Below are positions 1-7,731 of a stretch of DNA of 11,657 nucleotides, one piece after another. The notes beneath the pieces are model-generated. The model searched no databases, was not told the DNA's origin, and worked only from the letters and a program-made list of their open reading frames with translations. Position 1 is the first letter of the stretch. Each line of letters starts with the position of its first letter. The position numbers and the translations under genes were made by a program. This DNA comes from Octopus sinensis (lineage: Eukaryota). The stretch is from contig NW_021826925.1 in assembly GCF_006345805.1 (NCBI RefSeq), forward strand, positions 1-11,657, written 5' to 3'.

Positions 1-35
1 TGTTTCGCAATAAATGTGATTCTAATACTCCTCAA
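1..35 (-). ncRNA. Possible hammerhead-like motif truncated by the window edge
   Basis: Minus strand reads TTGAGGA (29-35; canonical core CTGANGA with C3>T), an imperfect hairpin GTATTAGA-ATCACA-TTTATTGC (7-28), then GAAA (3-6) and CA. Stem III, the cleavage triplet and the stem I partner would lie outside the window. Confidence 0.3.
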
Positions 36-126
36 CCTTTGGAAATTGATGTTAACCGCCTCAAACTATTCTAAATAGTAATTAACGCGCTGCAGAACAC
101 AATGGTAAATGGCGAATGATTAAATG

Positions 127-166
127 AATAATAATAATAATAACATTAATAATGAAGATAATAATA
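127..166. repeat. Imperfect (AAT)n microsatellite
   Basis: aataataataataataacattaataatgaagataataata. Confidence 0.9.
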
Positions 167-642
167 GCCTTGGTATAAAAGATGGGCTACAGCAAAATAT
201 TCTGCTCAATACCACAGATTTGCTTGTCAGTTGTTTGACCTTAACCAGCTGAGCATGTCCCTTAGTGGCTGACGAGATGTGCATCTCTGATCACGAGCAG
301 AAGTAGCGGGGGAGCATCATAGCCATGTGCTGAGAGGGATTCTTTGGAGTTTGGATAATTCACTTTTGGGAACATGGGTGGTTCGTTCAACATCCTTAAA
401 CAAACCTTATTCAGGGACCTTTTGAGCGGGATGTGCTACTCGACCAGAAGAAAATTCTGACTGGGCCCCGCCTGCAAGGTCATACGCTGTTTATCTTGAT
501 ATGAGATCACCATGTTGCGCAAATATGATTGTGATGCATGTGCCTGGTGTGCCGTTATCAGACGGGTAGTCATGATGGGTATACTGGGCTTCGTATATTT
601 TACCCCAGTGTTACTTTGATGGCATGCACTGCTCTCTCACTC
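167..642. mobile_element. 476-bp non-coding interspersed repeat embedded in an (AAT)n tract; class unknown
   Basis: Complex, GC-richer block bounded on both sides by (AAT)n in the same orientation, with no meaningful ORF. It resembles a repeat I recall from octopus genomic sequence (unverified). Confidence 0.5.
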
Positions 643-687
643 AATAATAATATTAATAACAATAATAATAATAATAAATAATAATAA
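643..687. repeat. (AAT)n microsatellite
   Basis: Direct reading of the tandem AAT units. Confidence 0.95.
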
Positions 688-688
688 A

Positions 689-857
689 CGGCATATCGTC
701 TGTCTTTATGTTCTGAGTTCAAATTCCACCGGGGATGAATATGCGTTTCATCCTTTCGGGGTCGAAAAAATAAGCACCTGTTGAACACTGGTGCCGATGT
801 AATCGACTTAACACCTTCCCCGAAATCGCTGGTATTGTGACAAAATTTGAAACTAAT
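689..857 (+). mobile_element. tRNA-derived SINE, Meta-type family, 5'-truncated
   Basis: B-box-like GAGTTCAAATTCC and central motif TTTCATCCTTTCGGGGTCGAAAAAATAAGCACC; aligns by eye with copies at 872, 5837 (minus) and 9517. The central motif resembles the MetaSINE domain as I recall it. Confidence 0.85.
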
Positions 858-871
858 ATATATCTATATAA

Positions 872-1057
872 GGCGGCGAGGTGCCGAATCGTTAGCACGC
901 CGGACAAAATGCTTAGCGGCATTTCGTCCGTCTTTCCATTCTGAGTTCATATTCCACCGAGGTTGACTTAGCATTTCATCTTTCGGGATCGATAAAATAA
1001 GTACAAGTTGAATACTTGTGCGAAATTTTCTGGTTTTGAGCCAAAATTTGCAAACTA
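872..1057 (+). mobile_element. tRNA-derived SINE, Meta-type family, with internal deletion
   Basis: Head GGCGGCGAGGTGCCGAATCGTTAGCAC as at 9517 and the same 3' tail as 689-857; it lacks the GTCGATGTAATCGAC segment seen in other copies. Confidence 0.85.
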
Positions 1058-1097
1058 CGACATACCTATAGATGTTTTATGTTTATAAACAATATCC

Positions 1098-1187
1098 GTG
1101 CGTGTGTGTGTGTGTGTGCATGAGTGCGTGTGTGTATGTGTGTGTTTATGTATATGCACATACAAGCATGTGTGTGTGTATATATAT
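1098..1187. repeat. (GT)n-rich compound microsatellite
   Basis: Direct reading. Confidence 0.9.
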
Positions 1188-1400
1188 AAGAAGCTATGCA
1201 TGTGTCAGTGTTGAATAACCGAGATATGCTAGGCTAGTTGACTGGGTACAGTTGCTAATGAGAATCACACGAAGTTATATATTCACCTCTGCATGGCTGG
1301 GTGGAGAAGGGATTTTATGACTCTGATGTTGGTTGGTTTGGTGCATTTTGTGAGTTAATTGGGAGACTATAGGCAAATACGTAGCATTTAGTATGAATTT

Positions 1401-1413
1401 ATATGTACGTATG

Positions 1414-1457
<44 letters not shown>

Positions 1458-1872
1458 TATATATATATAATATATATATATATATGTATATATCTATACT
1501 TACATATATATGTATGTATATATATATATATACTTATATATATATATATATATATAATATATATATATGTATATATGTATATACTTACATATATATATAT
1601 GTATATATATATACATACACTCACACACACACATATATATATATTACATGTGCATATATGTGCGTGTGTGTGTGTATATATATTATATATATATATATAC
1701 ATACATACATACATACATATACATACATACATTATATATATATACATGTGCATATGTGTGCATGTGCATACATGTATATATGTGTGTGTGTACATAAAGG
1801 TGGATAAATATATATCTAAAGATGTATATAATATAAAGTTATGTACACGGGTGTGTGTGTGTGTGTGTGTAT
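1401..1872. repeat. Compound (TA)n/(CA)n/(TACA)n microsatellite
   Basis: Direct reading; explains the I/Y/C/V-rich ORFs at 1403-1874. Confidence 0.97.
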
Positions 1873-2184
1873 AGAGGGAGAGAAGGCGAGAGAGAGGGAC
1901 TTAGATAAAATATTCAGCACACGTGCACGTACACTCATATAAACATACATATATATATGTATATCGAATGTAATTACTCCATCCTCACAGATGATTGCCG
2001 TTTGTTTGTGCTTCCACGATATCAAGCTCAATTCTGACTGTCCAAGACCTCTCCGATGACTATTCTGTCCTTCAAGTTCTATCACTTAGTTCTGCTCACG
2101 TAGCCACACTTCCATCGCCGTACGACAAGCTAGAATGACAAATGACAAATGCGGTCACCATAAAGAGACATCCGTACATCATTA

Positions 2185-2445
2185 GATTATAGTGATAAAC
2201 GCTTGTACGATATGAGGACAACATTCTGAGTCTACGGGATTAGTTCCCAGTGACAGTCTGAAGCGAGATGACCAGGGATCGTATGAAACCGCAAGTTTTA
2301 CATCAGTGTCCCGCTCCTACAAGGATGTTGGGACAAGAGCCAAGGGCCGCTTACTCCCAGTGGTTTTATTTCGTTGCCAGTTGACTTTTCTGAGTTTCTC
2401 CGCCCTTCGACGAGTCAGGTTTATCATCCCGTAGGTCGTTGATAA
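2185..2445 (-). mobile_element. Probable diverged repeat fragment, possibly related to an RTE-clade 5' UTR
   Basis: Minus-strand GGGATGATAAACCTGACTCGTCGAAGGGCGGAGAAACTCAG resembles sequence I recall from RTE-type 5' regions. There is no second copy in the window and I could not verify it; boundaries are approximate. Confidence 0.25.
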
Positions 2446-2448
2446 GTT

Positions 2449-2556
2449 CTTTTGGGGTCGATAAGTTCAGTAGCAGTTGCGTACTGGGGTCGATTTAATC
2501 GACTGGCCCCCTCCTCCAAAATTTCGGGCCTTGTGCCTAGAGTAGAAAAGAATATT
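2449..2556 (+). mobile_element. 3' half of a Meta-type SINE with an alternative tail
   Basis: GGGGTCGATAAGTTCAGTAGCAGTTGCGTACTGGGGTCGATTTAATCGACT matches the 9517 copy; the tail is ...GGCCTTGTGCCTAGAGTAGAAAAGAATATT. Confidence 0.85.
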
Positions 2557-2616
2557 TCGTCATTTACAGAAGCAACAACCACACGTTCATTTACTCCCCA
2601 GTATACCACGCCTATT

Positions 2617-2670
2617 ACACACACACACACACCACACACACACTTACACACACCTATTATACGCACACAC
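2617..2670. repeat. Degenerate (CA)n microsatellite
   Basis: Direct reading. Confidence 0.85.
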
Positions 2671-2843
2671 CTAATATCCACCCAGCAGTTCTCAGTCGCT
2701 AATTAACAAATAGTTACTCCTACGAAAAGGAATTCGCACATTTACTCTCATTTAATTGTAAGTTATCAAAATCTGAACCATATTTATATATGTTCATCGC
2801 CATTGCTATTAATGTCTATGCTGATATACCTTATCTGCATGCC

Positions 2844-2890
2844 CGTCTGTCTGTCAATCTGTTTGCCTGTCTGTCTGTCTATTTATCTAT
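2844..2890. repeat. Degenerate (CTGT)n/(CTAT)n tetranucleotide repeat
   Basis: gtctgtctgtcaatctgtttgcctgtctgtctgtctatttatctat. Confidence 0.8.
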
Positions 2891-2895
2891 CTTTT

Positions 2896-3306
2896 TTTTT
2901 ACTTATTTCAGTCATTAGACTACGGCCATGCTGGTGCACAGTTTCTTTATCTATTTATTCATTGTAAAGCCTGGTATTTATTCTGTTGGTCTGTTCTGCC
3001 GAACAGCTAAGTTACGGGAGACGTAGACACACCAATACCAGTTAGAAAGCAGTTGTGGGGAACAAACACAGACATAAACACACACACACACACAACACAC
3101 ACACACACACACACAACACACATATATATATATATATATATACACACACGACGGACTTCTTTCAGTTTCCGTTTACCAAATCTACCACCAAGGTCGGCTC
3201 TAGGCAATACTAGAAAACACTTGCCCAAAGTGCCAGGCAGTGGGATTGAACCCAGAACCATGTAGTTGTGAAGCAAGCTTCTTATCACACAGCTACGCCT
3301 GCACCT
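2896..3306 (-). mobile_element. tRNA-derived SINE family A (CORE-like 5' part, internal microsatellite), near full length
   Basis: Reverse-complement match to the 6566-6965 copy over the head, the CACTTGCCCAAAG motif, the CA/TA linker and the 3' half. Confidence 0.9.
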
Positions 3307-3427
3307 GTTCTCTAACTCACAAAAATTACGAGGCTAAAAGTACAAATATTCTTAGGAAAATTTTGAACAGCTTTTGAGGAAAATTAGTAAAATATTGACT
3401 TTTTCCTTCCTCTACTGAACGCGGTAT

Positions 3428-3775
3428 ATTCTTTTATTCTCTTGCTTGTTTCAGGCATTCGACTGCGGCCATGCTGGAGCACTGCCTTGAAGGGTTTTAG
3501 TCGAACAAATCGAACCTGGGACTTACTTCTTAAGCCTACTACTTTTTCTATCAGTCTCCTTTGCCGAACCGCTAAGTTACGGAGACGTAAAGACACCAAC
3601 ATCGGTTGTCAAGCAATGAGCTTCTTTATGTTTCTGTCTACCAAATCTACTCACAAGGCTTTGATCGGCTCGAGACTATAGTAGAAGACACTTGACCAAC
3701 GTCTCACACAATGGGTCCGAACCCGCAACCATGTGGTTGTGAAGCAAGCTTGTTACCACACTGCCACGCCTACGC
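3428..3775 (-). mobile_element. SINE family A copy lacking the internal microsatellite linker
   Basis: Matches both halves of 6566-6965, which are joined directly at 3618/3619. Confidence 0.9.
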
Positions 3776-3875
3776 ATATTATGTGTGTGTAGTATGTATA
3801 TATATATATATATATAGATATATATATATATATATATATAATATATAATATGCATATATATAGGTGTATATATAT

Positions 3876-3923
<48 letters not shown>
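3776..3923. repeat. (TA)n microsatellite
   Basis: Direct reading. Confidence 0.97.
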
Positions 3924-3925
<2 letters not shown>

Positions 3926-4110
3926 CGAGAATATAGGGAGATGCACAAAAAAACAAAAGACGAAGACAGATGGTGTAGACAACAAACAGATGTATTAGTA
4001 TAACGCCCGGGAAGTGAAAACGTCTTTAACGTTTCGAGCCTACGCTCTTCCACAGAAAGAAACAAGGAGAGAAAATAATGTGTAGTGGCTAGCGATCTAT
4101 CATGGCGAAA
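3924..4110 (-). mobile_element. Penelope-like pseudo-LTR remnant carrying a hammerhead-like motif
   Basis: Short complex block between (TA)n and (CA)n containing a minimal type I hammerhead layout. Minimal hammerheads with palindromic stem III are an established mark of PLE pseudo-LTRs. Confidence 0.65.
4023..4060 (-). ncRNA. Minimal type I hammerhead-like motif (core variant A6>U)
   Basis: TCTTT|CTGTGGA|A|GAGC-GTAG-GCTC|GAAA|CG|TT|AAAGA: 5-bp stem I, 4-bp stem II, ACGT palindrome as stem III. Confidence 0.65.
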
Positions 4111-4114
4111 ATAT

Positions 4115-4115
<1 letters not shown>

Positions 4116-4154
<39 letters not shown>
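4116..4154. repeat. (CA)n followed by short (TA)n
   Basis: Direct reading. Confidence 0.95.
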
Positions 4155-4155
<1 letters not shown>

Positions 4156-4207
4156 AGAAATATTGAGTTTCTAAATCTCTCGTAGAGAGGTGTACGGTGG
4201 TGGAACG

Positions 4208-4434
4208 ATATAATGGTTGTATACTGTCAATCTAACAAGAACGTGACAGTAGGGGGTACACCACCGTTATATAGCCCTAGGAGGCATCGAACGCCTCCTG
4301 ACAGCTTCGACACATTTTATAAGGACACAGGATAAAATGTGTCGAAGCTGTCAGGAGGCGTTCGATGCCTCCTGGGGCTATATAACGGTGGTGTCCCTAC
4401 TGTCACGTTCTTGTTAGATTGACAGTATAAAACC

Positions 4435-4441
<7 letters not shown>
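4208..4441. repeat. Long near-perfect inverted repeat (fold-back; MITE-like or inverted PLE junction)
   Basis: Arms 4208-4320 (113 nt) and 4332-4441 (110 nt), 11-nt spacer AAGGACACAGG, two substitutions and one 3-nt indel between arms; TA at both outer edges. Confidence 0.95.
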
Positions 4442-4480
<39 letters not shown>

Positions 4481-4504
4481 ATATTATATAATATATATAT
4501 ATAT
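4439..4504. repeat. (TA)n microsatellite
   Basis: Direct reading. Confidence 0.97.
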
Positions 4505-4909
4505 AACACACACCCAGAACCATGCTAATAGCTTAGGAAGTGAAATTTAGGATAATTTAAATATATACTCAATGTATGCTTAATATGTATTGTTGCCCTT
4601 CATTTTCTGAAAATAAAAGTCTAGATGGGCTATTTCCATTCAAAAGCTATTAGTGTGGTTCACCCCAAAAAACTGAAGAATCTAAAATAAAAAAAAGAAA
4701 GGACGTTACACGGAATAAAGAAAACATAACAATGGTGTTGCCAAAGTGTGCAAGCCAGCTGGGAAACCGAGAATTAGGGATGAGGGTCTAAAGTTATTTG
4801 TGTGGTTCACTAATAGCGTCACCTTAACTGATCCCATTTAGGGTTTTTAATGACTCAGCCAGATTTTTGGTGGTTCACGCAAGCAGAATAGTAAATAGTA
4901 TTTCAAGGG

Positions 4910-4957
4910 CATCATCGTCATCGTCATCGTCGTCATCATCATCATCACCATCATCAC
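4910..4957. repeat. (CAT/CGT)n trinucleotide repeat
   Basis: Direct reading. Confidence 0.92.
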
Positions 4958-5137
4958 GCTTCTCACTTTTCCGCCACCAGGTGGATGAAGCTTGATAGGT
5001 TTCTTTTCGAGATTTCTAAGAAGAAATTCCACGACAGAAATTCTTCTCGAGAAACATTCTAGAACTGACTGGTATCCAACTGATGTTTCAGCTTACTGCT
5101 TTGTTGTGTTGTTGTTCTTATTTACAGAGAGGGGCCA

Positions 5138-5270
5138 ACTACAAGAACAACAACAGCAACATCAATGGCGCACAACAGGGATAGGAGTAGAAACAAAAAT
5201 GCAACAAATAGCAAGAACTACAAAAGAAACAAGAATAACTACCAACAGCGATGGTAACAGCAACAACTAC
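5138..5270. repeat. Degenerate (CAA)n-rich low-complexity tract
   Basis: Scattered ACA/CAA units in an A-rich background. Confidence 0.7.
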
Positions 5271-5271
5271 A

Positions 5272-5468
5272 GTGGAGGCGCAATGGTCCAGTGGTTAGGG
5301 CAGCGCAATCGCGGTCGTAAGAACGCGGTTTCGATTCCCAGACCGGGCATTGTGAGTGTCTATTGGGCAAAAACACCTGAGCTCCACGAGGCTCCGGCTG
5401 AGGGGTGGTGGTGAACCCCGCTGTACTCTTTCATCACAACTTTCTCTCATTCTTTCTTCCTACTTCTG
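5272..5468 (+). mobile_element. tRNA-derived SINE, third family, 5' portion
   Basis: A-box-like TGGTCCAGTGG (5284-5294) and B-box-like GGTTTCGATTCC (5327-5338) followed by a non-tRNA body. Head GTGGAGGCGCAATGG resembles GTGAAGGCGCGTG of the 6248-6545 element. The 3' boundary is approximate. Confidence 0.75.
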
Positions 5469-5732
5469 CCACAAAGCAGAGGAACCACGGTGTAACCCAC
5501 TATGGTGTGGTAAACTTTCAGACCCTAGTCTAGATTGCGAATCCTCTGTACCCCAGGATGGTTCAGCTCTCCACCCGTTAGAAACCACCGTTTACGGAAT
5601 GAGGATAACAACGTAGCTTTCGCGCCCCTGCAACCGCCAGTCTATCTTCAAGTTGCCGCACGCATTCTTAGTAGCTTAGAGTAGGCTCGAATTAGAGATT
5701 ATTCTTTGTGGCTAATGGCGTGAGTCCTGATT

Positions 5733-5793
5733 AGAAGAAGAAGGAGGAGGAGGAGGAGAAGGAGGTGAAGAAGAAGATAAAGTAGAAGAAAAA
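5733..5793. repeat. (GAA/GGA)n purine-rich repeat
   Basis: Direct reading. Confidence 0.9.
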
Positions 5794-5836
5794 GACAACA
5801 AGCACAATAGCAATGATGGCAGTTGGGGCAGCAACG

Positions 5837-6048
5837 ATATTGCTTTCGAGTATTGGAACAAGGCCAGCAAGTTCGGGGGCGGAGATAAGTTGATTACATC
5901 GACCCCAGTGTTCAACTGATACTTTTTATCGACCCCGAAAGGATGAGAGGTAAAGTCGACCCCCCAATGGAACTTGAACTCAGAATCGGAAAAACAATGC
6001 CTCTAGGCATTTTTTCCGGGGTGCTATCGATTCTGTCAGCTCACCGCC
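5837..6048 (-). mobile_element. Meta-type SINE, near full length
   Basis: Reverse complement of the 872 and 9517 copies (ATCGACCCCGAAAGGATGAGAGGTAAAGTCGAC; head ends CTCACCGCC). Confidence 0.9.
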
Positions 6049-6061
6049 ATAATAACACTGA

Positions 6062-6141
6062 TAAGAATGGTTTCACATTTTGACACAAGGCCAGCAATTT
6101 CGGAAACAGCGGCAAGCCGATTACATCGACTTCAGTACTCA
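6062..6141 (-). mobile_element. Meta-type SINE 3' fragment
   Basis: ACAAGGCCAGCAATTTCGG...GATTACATCGAC repeats the 5857-5902 region. Confidence 0.8.
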
Positions 6142-6175
6142 AATTTCGTGTTATTAGCATTGTTCTGACTCCTCG

Positions 6176-6207
6176 GGCGGCGAGCAAGCAGAATAAACCG
6201 TTAAGCA
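6176..6207 (+). mobile_element. Meta-type SINE 5' head fragment
   Basis: GGCGGCGAGCAAGCAGAATAAACCGTTAAGCA versus GCGGCGAGCTGGTAGAATCGTTAGCA at 9517. Confidence 0.5.
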
Positions 6208-6247
6208 GAGGGGGGACAATTCCACACATAATTAGATAAAAAAAAAA

Positions 6248-6545
6248 CTGGCACTCCGTCGGTTGCGACGGCGAGTGTTCAATGGAACAGCCTGCTCATG
6301 AACTTAACATGTAAGTGGCTGAGGACTCCACAAAGAACACATACCCTTAAAGTAGTTCTCAGGAAGATTCGGAGTAACATAAAATGTAACAAGGCTGGCC
6401 TTTTGAATTACAGATACAACCCATTTTTGCCTGCTGAGTAAACTGGAGCAACGTAAAATAAAGTGTCACGCTCAAGGGCAAAACGCGCCGCCACGGATCG
6501 AACTCACGATCCCTAACCGAATACTACTAAGTCACGCGCCTTCAC
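6248..6545 (-). mobile_element. tRNA-derived CORE-type SINE (fourth family) with a partly rearranged head
   Basis: Minus strand has B box GAGTTCGATCC (6495-6505), then CCCTTGAGCGTGACACTTTATTTTACGTTGCTCCAGTTTACTCAGCAGGCAAAAATGG, resembling the CORE domain (CCTTGGGCAAGTCACTT...AAAATGG). It ends next to an A run at 6238-6247. Confidence 0.75.
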
Positions 6546-6565
6546 CGAAGACGTATATGTATGAT

Positions 6566-6965
6566 GGAGTGGCTGTGTGGTAAGTAGCTTGCTTACCAAC
6601 CGCATGGTTCCGGGTTCAGTCCCACTGCGTAGCACCTTGGGCAAGTGTCTTCTACTATAGCCTCAGGCCGACCAAAGTCTTCTGAGTGGATTTGGTAGAC
6701 GGAAACTGAAAGAAGCCTGTCATATATATGTATATATATGTATGTGTGTGTATATATGTTTGTGTCTCTGTGTTTGTTCCCCCCCCCCCAACATCGCTTG
6801 ACAACCGATGCTGGTTTGTTTACGTCTCGGTAACTTAGCGGTTCGGCAAAAGAGCCCGATAGAATAAGTACTAGGCTTACAAAGAATAAGTCGTGGGGTC
6901 AATTTACTCGACTAAAGGCGGTGCTCCAGCATGACCGCAGTCATATGACTGAAACAAATAAAAGA
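6566..6965 (+). mobile_element. SINE family A, full-length reference copy
   Basis: A box TGGCTGTGTGG (6570-6580), B box GGTTCAGTCCC (6613-6623), CORE-like CACCTTGGGCAAGTGTCTT, TA/TG linker at about 6718-6791, A-rich end. Five related copies occur in the window. Confidence 0.92.
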
Positions 6966-7253
6966 GAGTAATACATAGTAAGTAGATCGGGTTATAATGG
7001 AAACCGTGTCCTCGTGAAGCATGTCTGCATATTCCAGATCTGCAAAGTACATTTGAAGATATTATGATCTATAGGAGACTTGAAAATACTGGAGGATACT
7101 GGAAAATATTTGTGGAAGAGAAACTACAGAAAAATACAAAATTATAGAAAAATAGAGACTTAGAAATTGTTTTGGTATTATTTATTCCATATTACGTGTG
7201 TTTCTTTACCAATAAGAGTTACAAAGATATATGAGTACAAAAGCATGTAAAAC

Positions 7254-7406
7254 AGTGGCTGAATATTAAGAGGCTTGCTTTCTAACCACATGGTTCCCGG
7301 TTCAGTCCTACTGCATGGCACCTTTGGCGATGGTTCTACTATAGCCTCGGGCCGACCAAAGCCTTGAGAGTGAATTTGGTAGACGGAAACTAAAAGAAGT
7401 CCCTCG
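7254..7406 (+). mobile_element. SINE family A, 5' half ending at the microsatellite linker
   Basis: Matches 6568-6720. Confidence 0.88.
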
Positions 7407-7494
7407 TATATATATATATATATTTATTTACTTTGTGTATTTTTCCCTCACGGGCTATTCTTTACTGGAAAGCAATACTCTAGTATTGCATTAC

Positions 7495-7496
<2 letters not shown>

Positions 7497-7536
<40 letters not shown>

Positions 7537-7563
7537 ATGTATATGTGTATTATGTATGTGTGT

Positions 7564-7603
<40 letters not shown>

Positions 7604-7730
7604 GAACAATCTTACTTAGAAATGGATGCGTGCGTTGCGTCATATAATGAATTAATAAATAAAACATATGCATACATACATACATATATGTACGTACCTA
7701 CCTCTGCATGTATATATACACGCATATATG
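7497..7730. repeat. Compound (TA)n/(GT)n/(TACA)n microsatellite with short interruptions
   Basis: Direct reading. Confidence 0.9.
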
Positions 7731-7731
7731 G

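Noticed and set aside
264-296. CTGACGA followed by hairpin GAGAT-GTGC-ATCTC
   Set aside because: No GAAA follows the hairpin and there is no stem I or III, so it is not a hammerhead.
1403-1874. Long ORFs on both strands rich in I/Y/C/V/T/H (also 3676-4146, 3753-3956, 7494-7685, 8185-8448)
   Set aside because: They are translations of (TA)n/(CA)n/(TACA)n tracts, which lack stop codons in several frames.
1967-2131. Possible minus-strand exon with AG acceptor near 2131 and GT donor near 1977
   Set aside because: All three frames contain stops between these sites and the peptides resemble nothing I recognise.
2232-2434. 9-bp inverted match CTACGGGAT / ATCCCGTAG
   Set aside because: Too short, does not extend and has no target-site duplication; compatible with chance.
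5272-5345. tRNA-like A and B boxes here and at other SINE heads
   Set aside because: I could not build a complete cloverleaf, and each continues into a SINE body, so none is called a tRNA gene.
4992-5414. 140-aa ORF with a good-looking splice acceptor at about 5128
   Set aside because: It runs through a CAA-rich tract and a SINE head, has no ATG start and shows no recognisable domain.
6998-7147. 49-codon open frame (WKPCPRE...QKNTKL)
   Set aside because: Short, no recognisable motif and no convincing donor site.
7471-7488. Small hairpin GCAATACT-CT-AGTATTGC
   Set aside because: An 8-bp AT-rich stem with no context; expected by chance.
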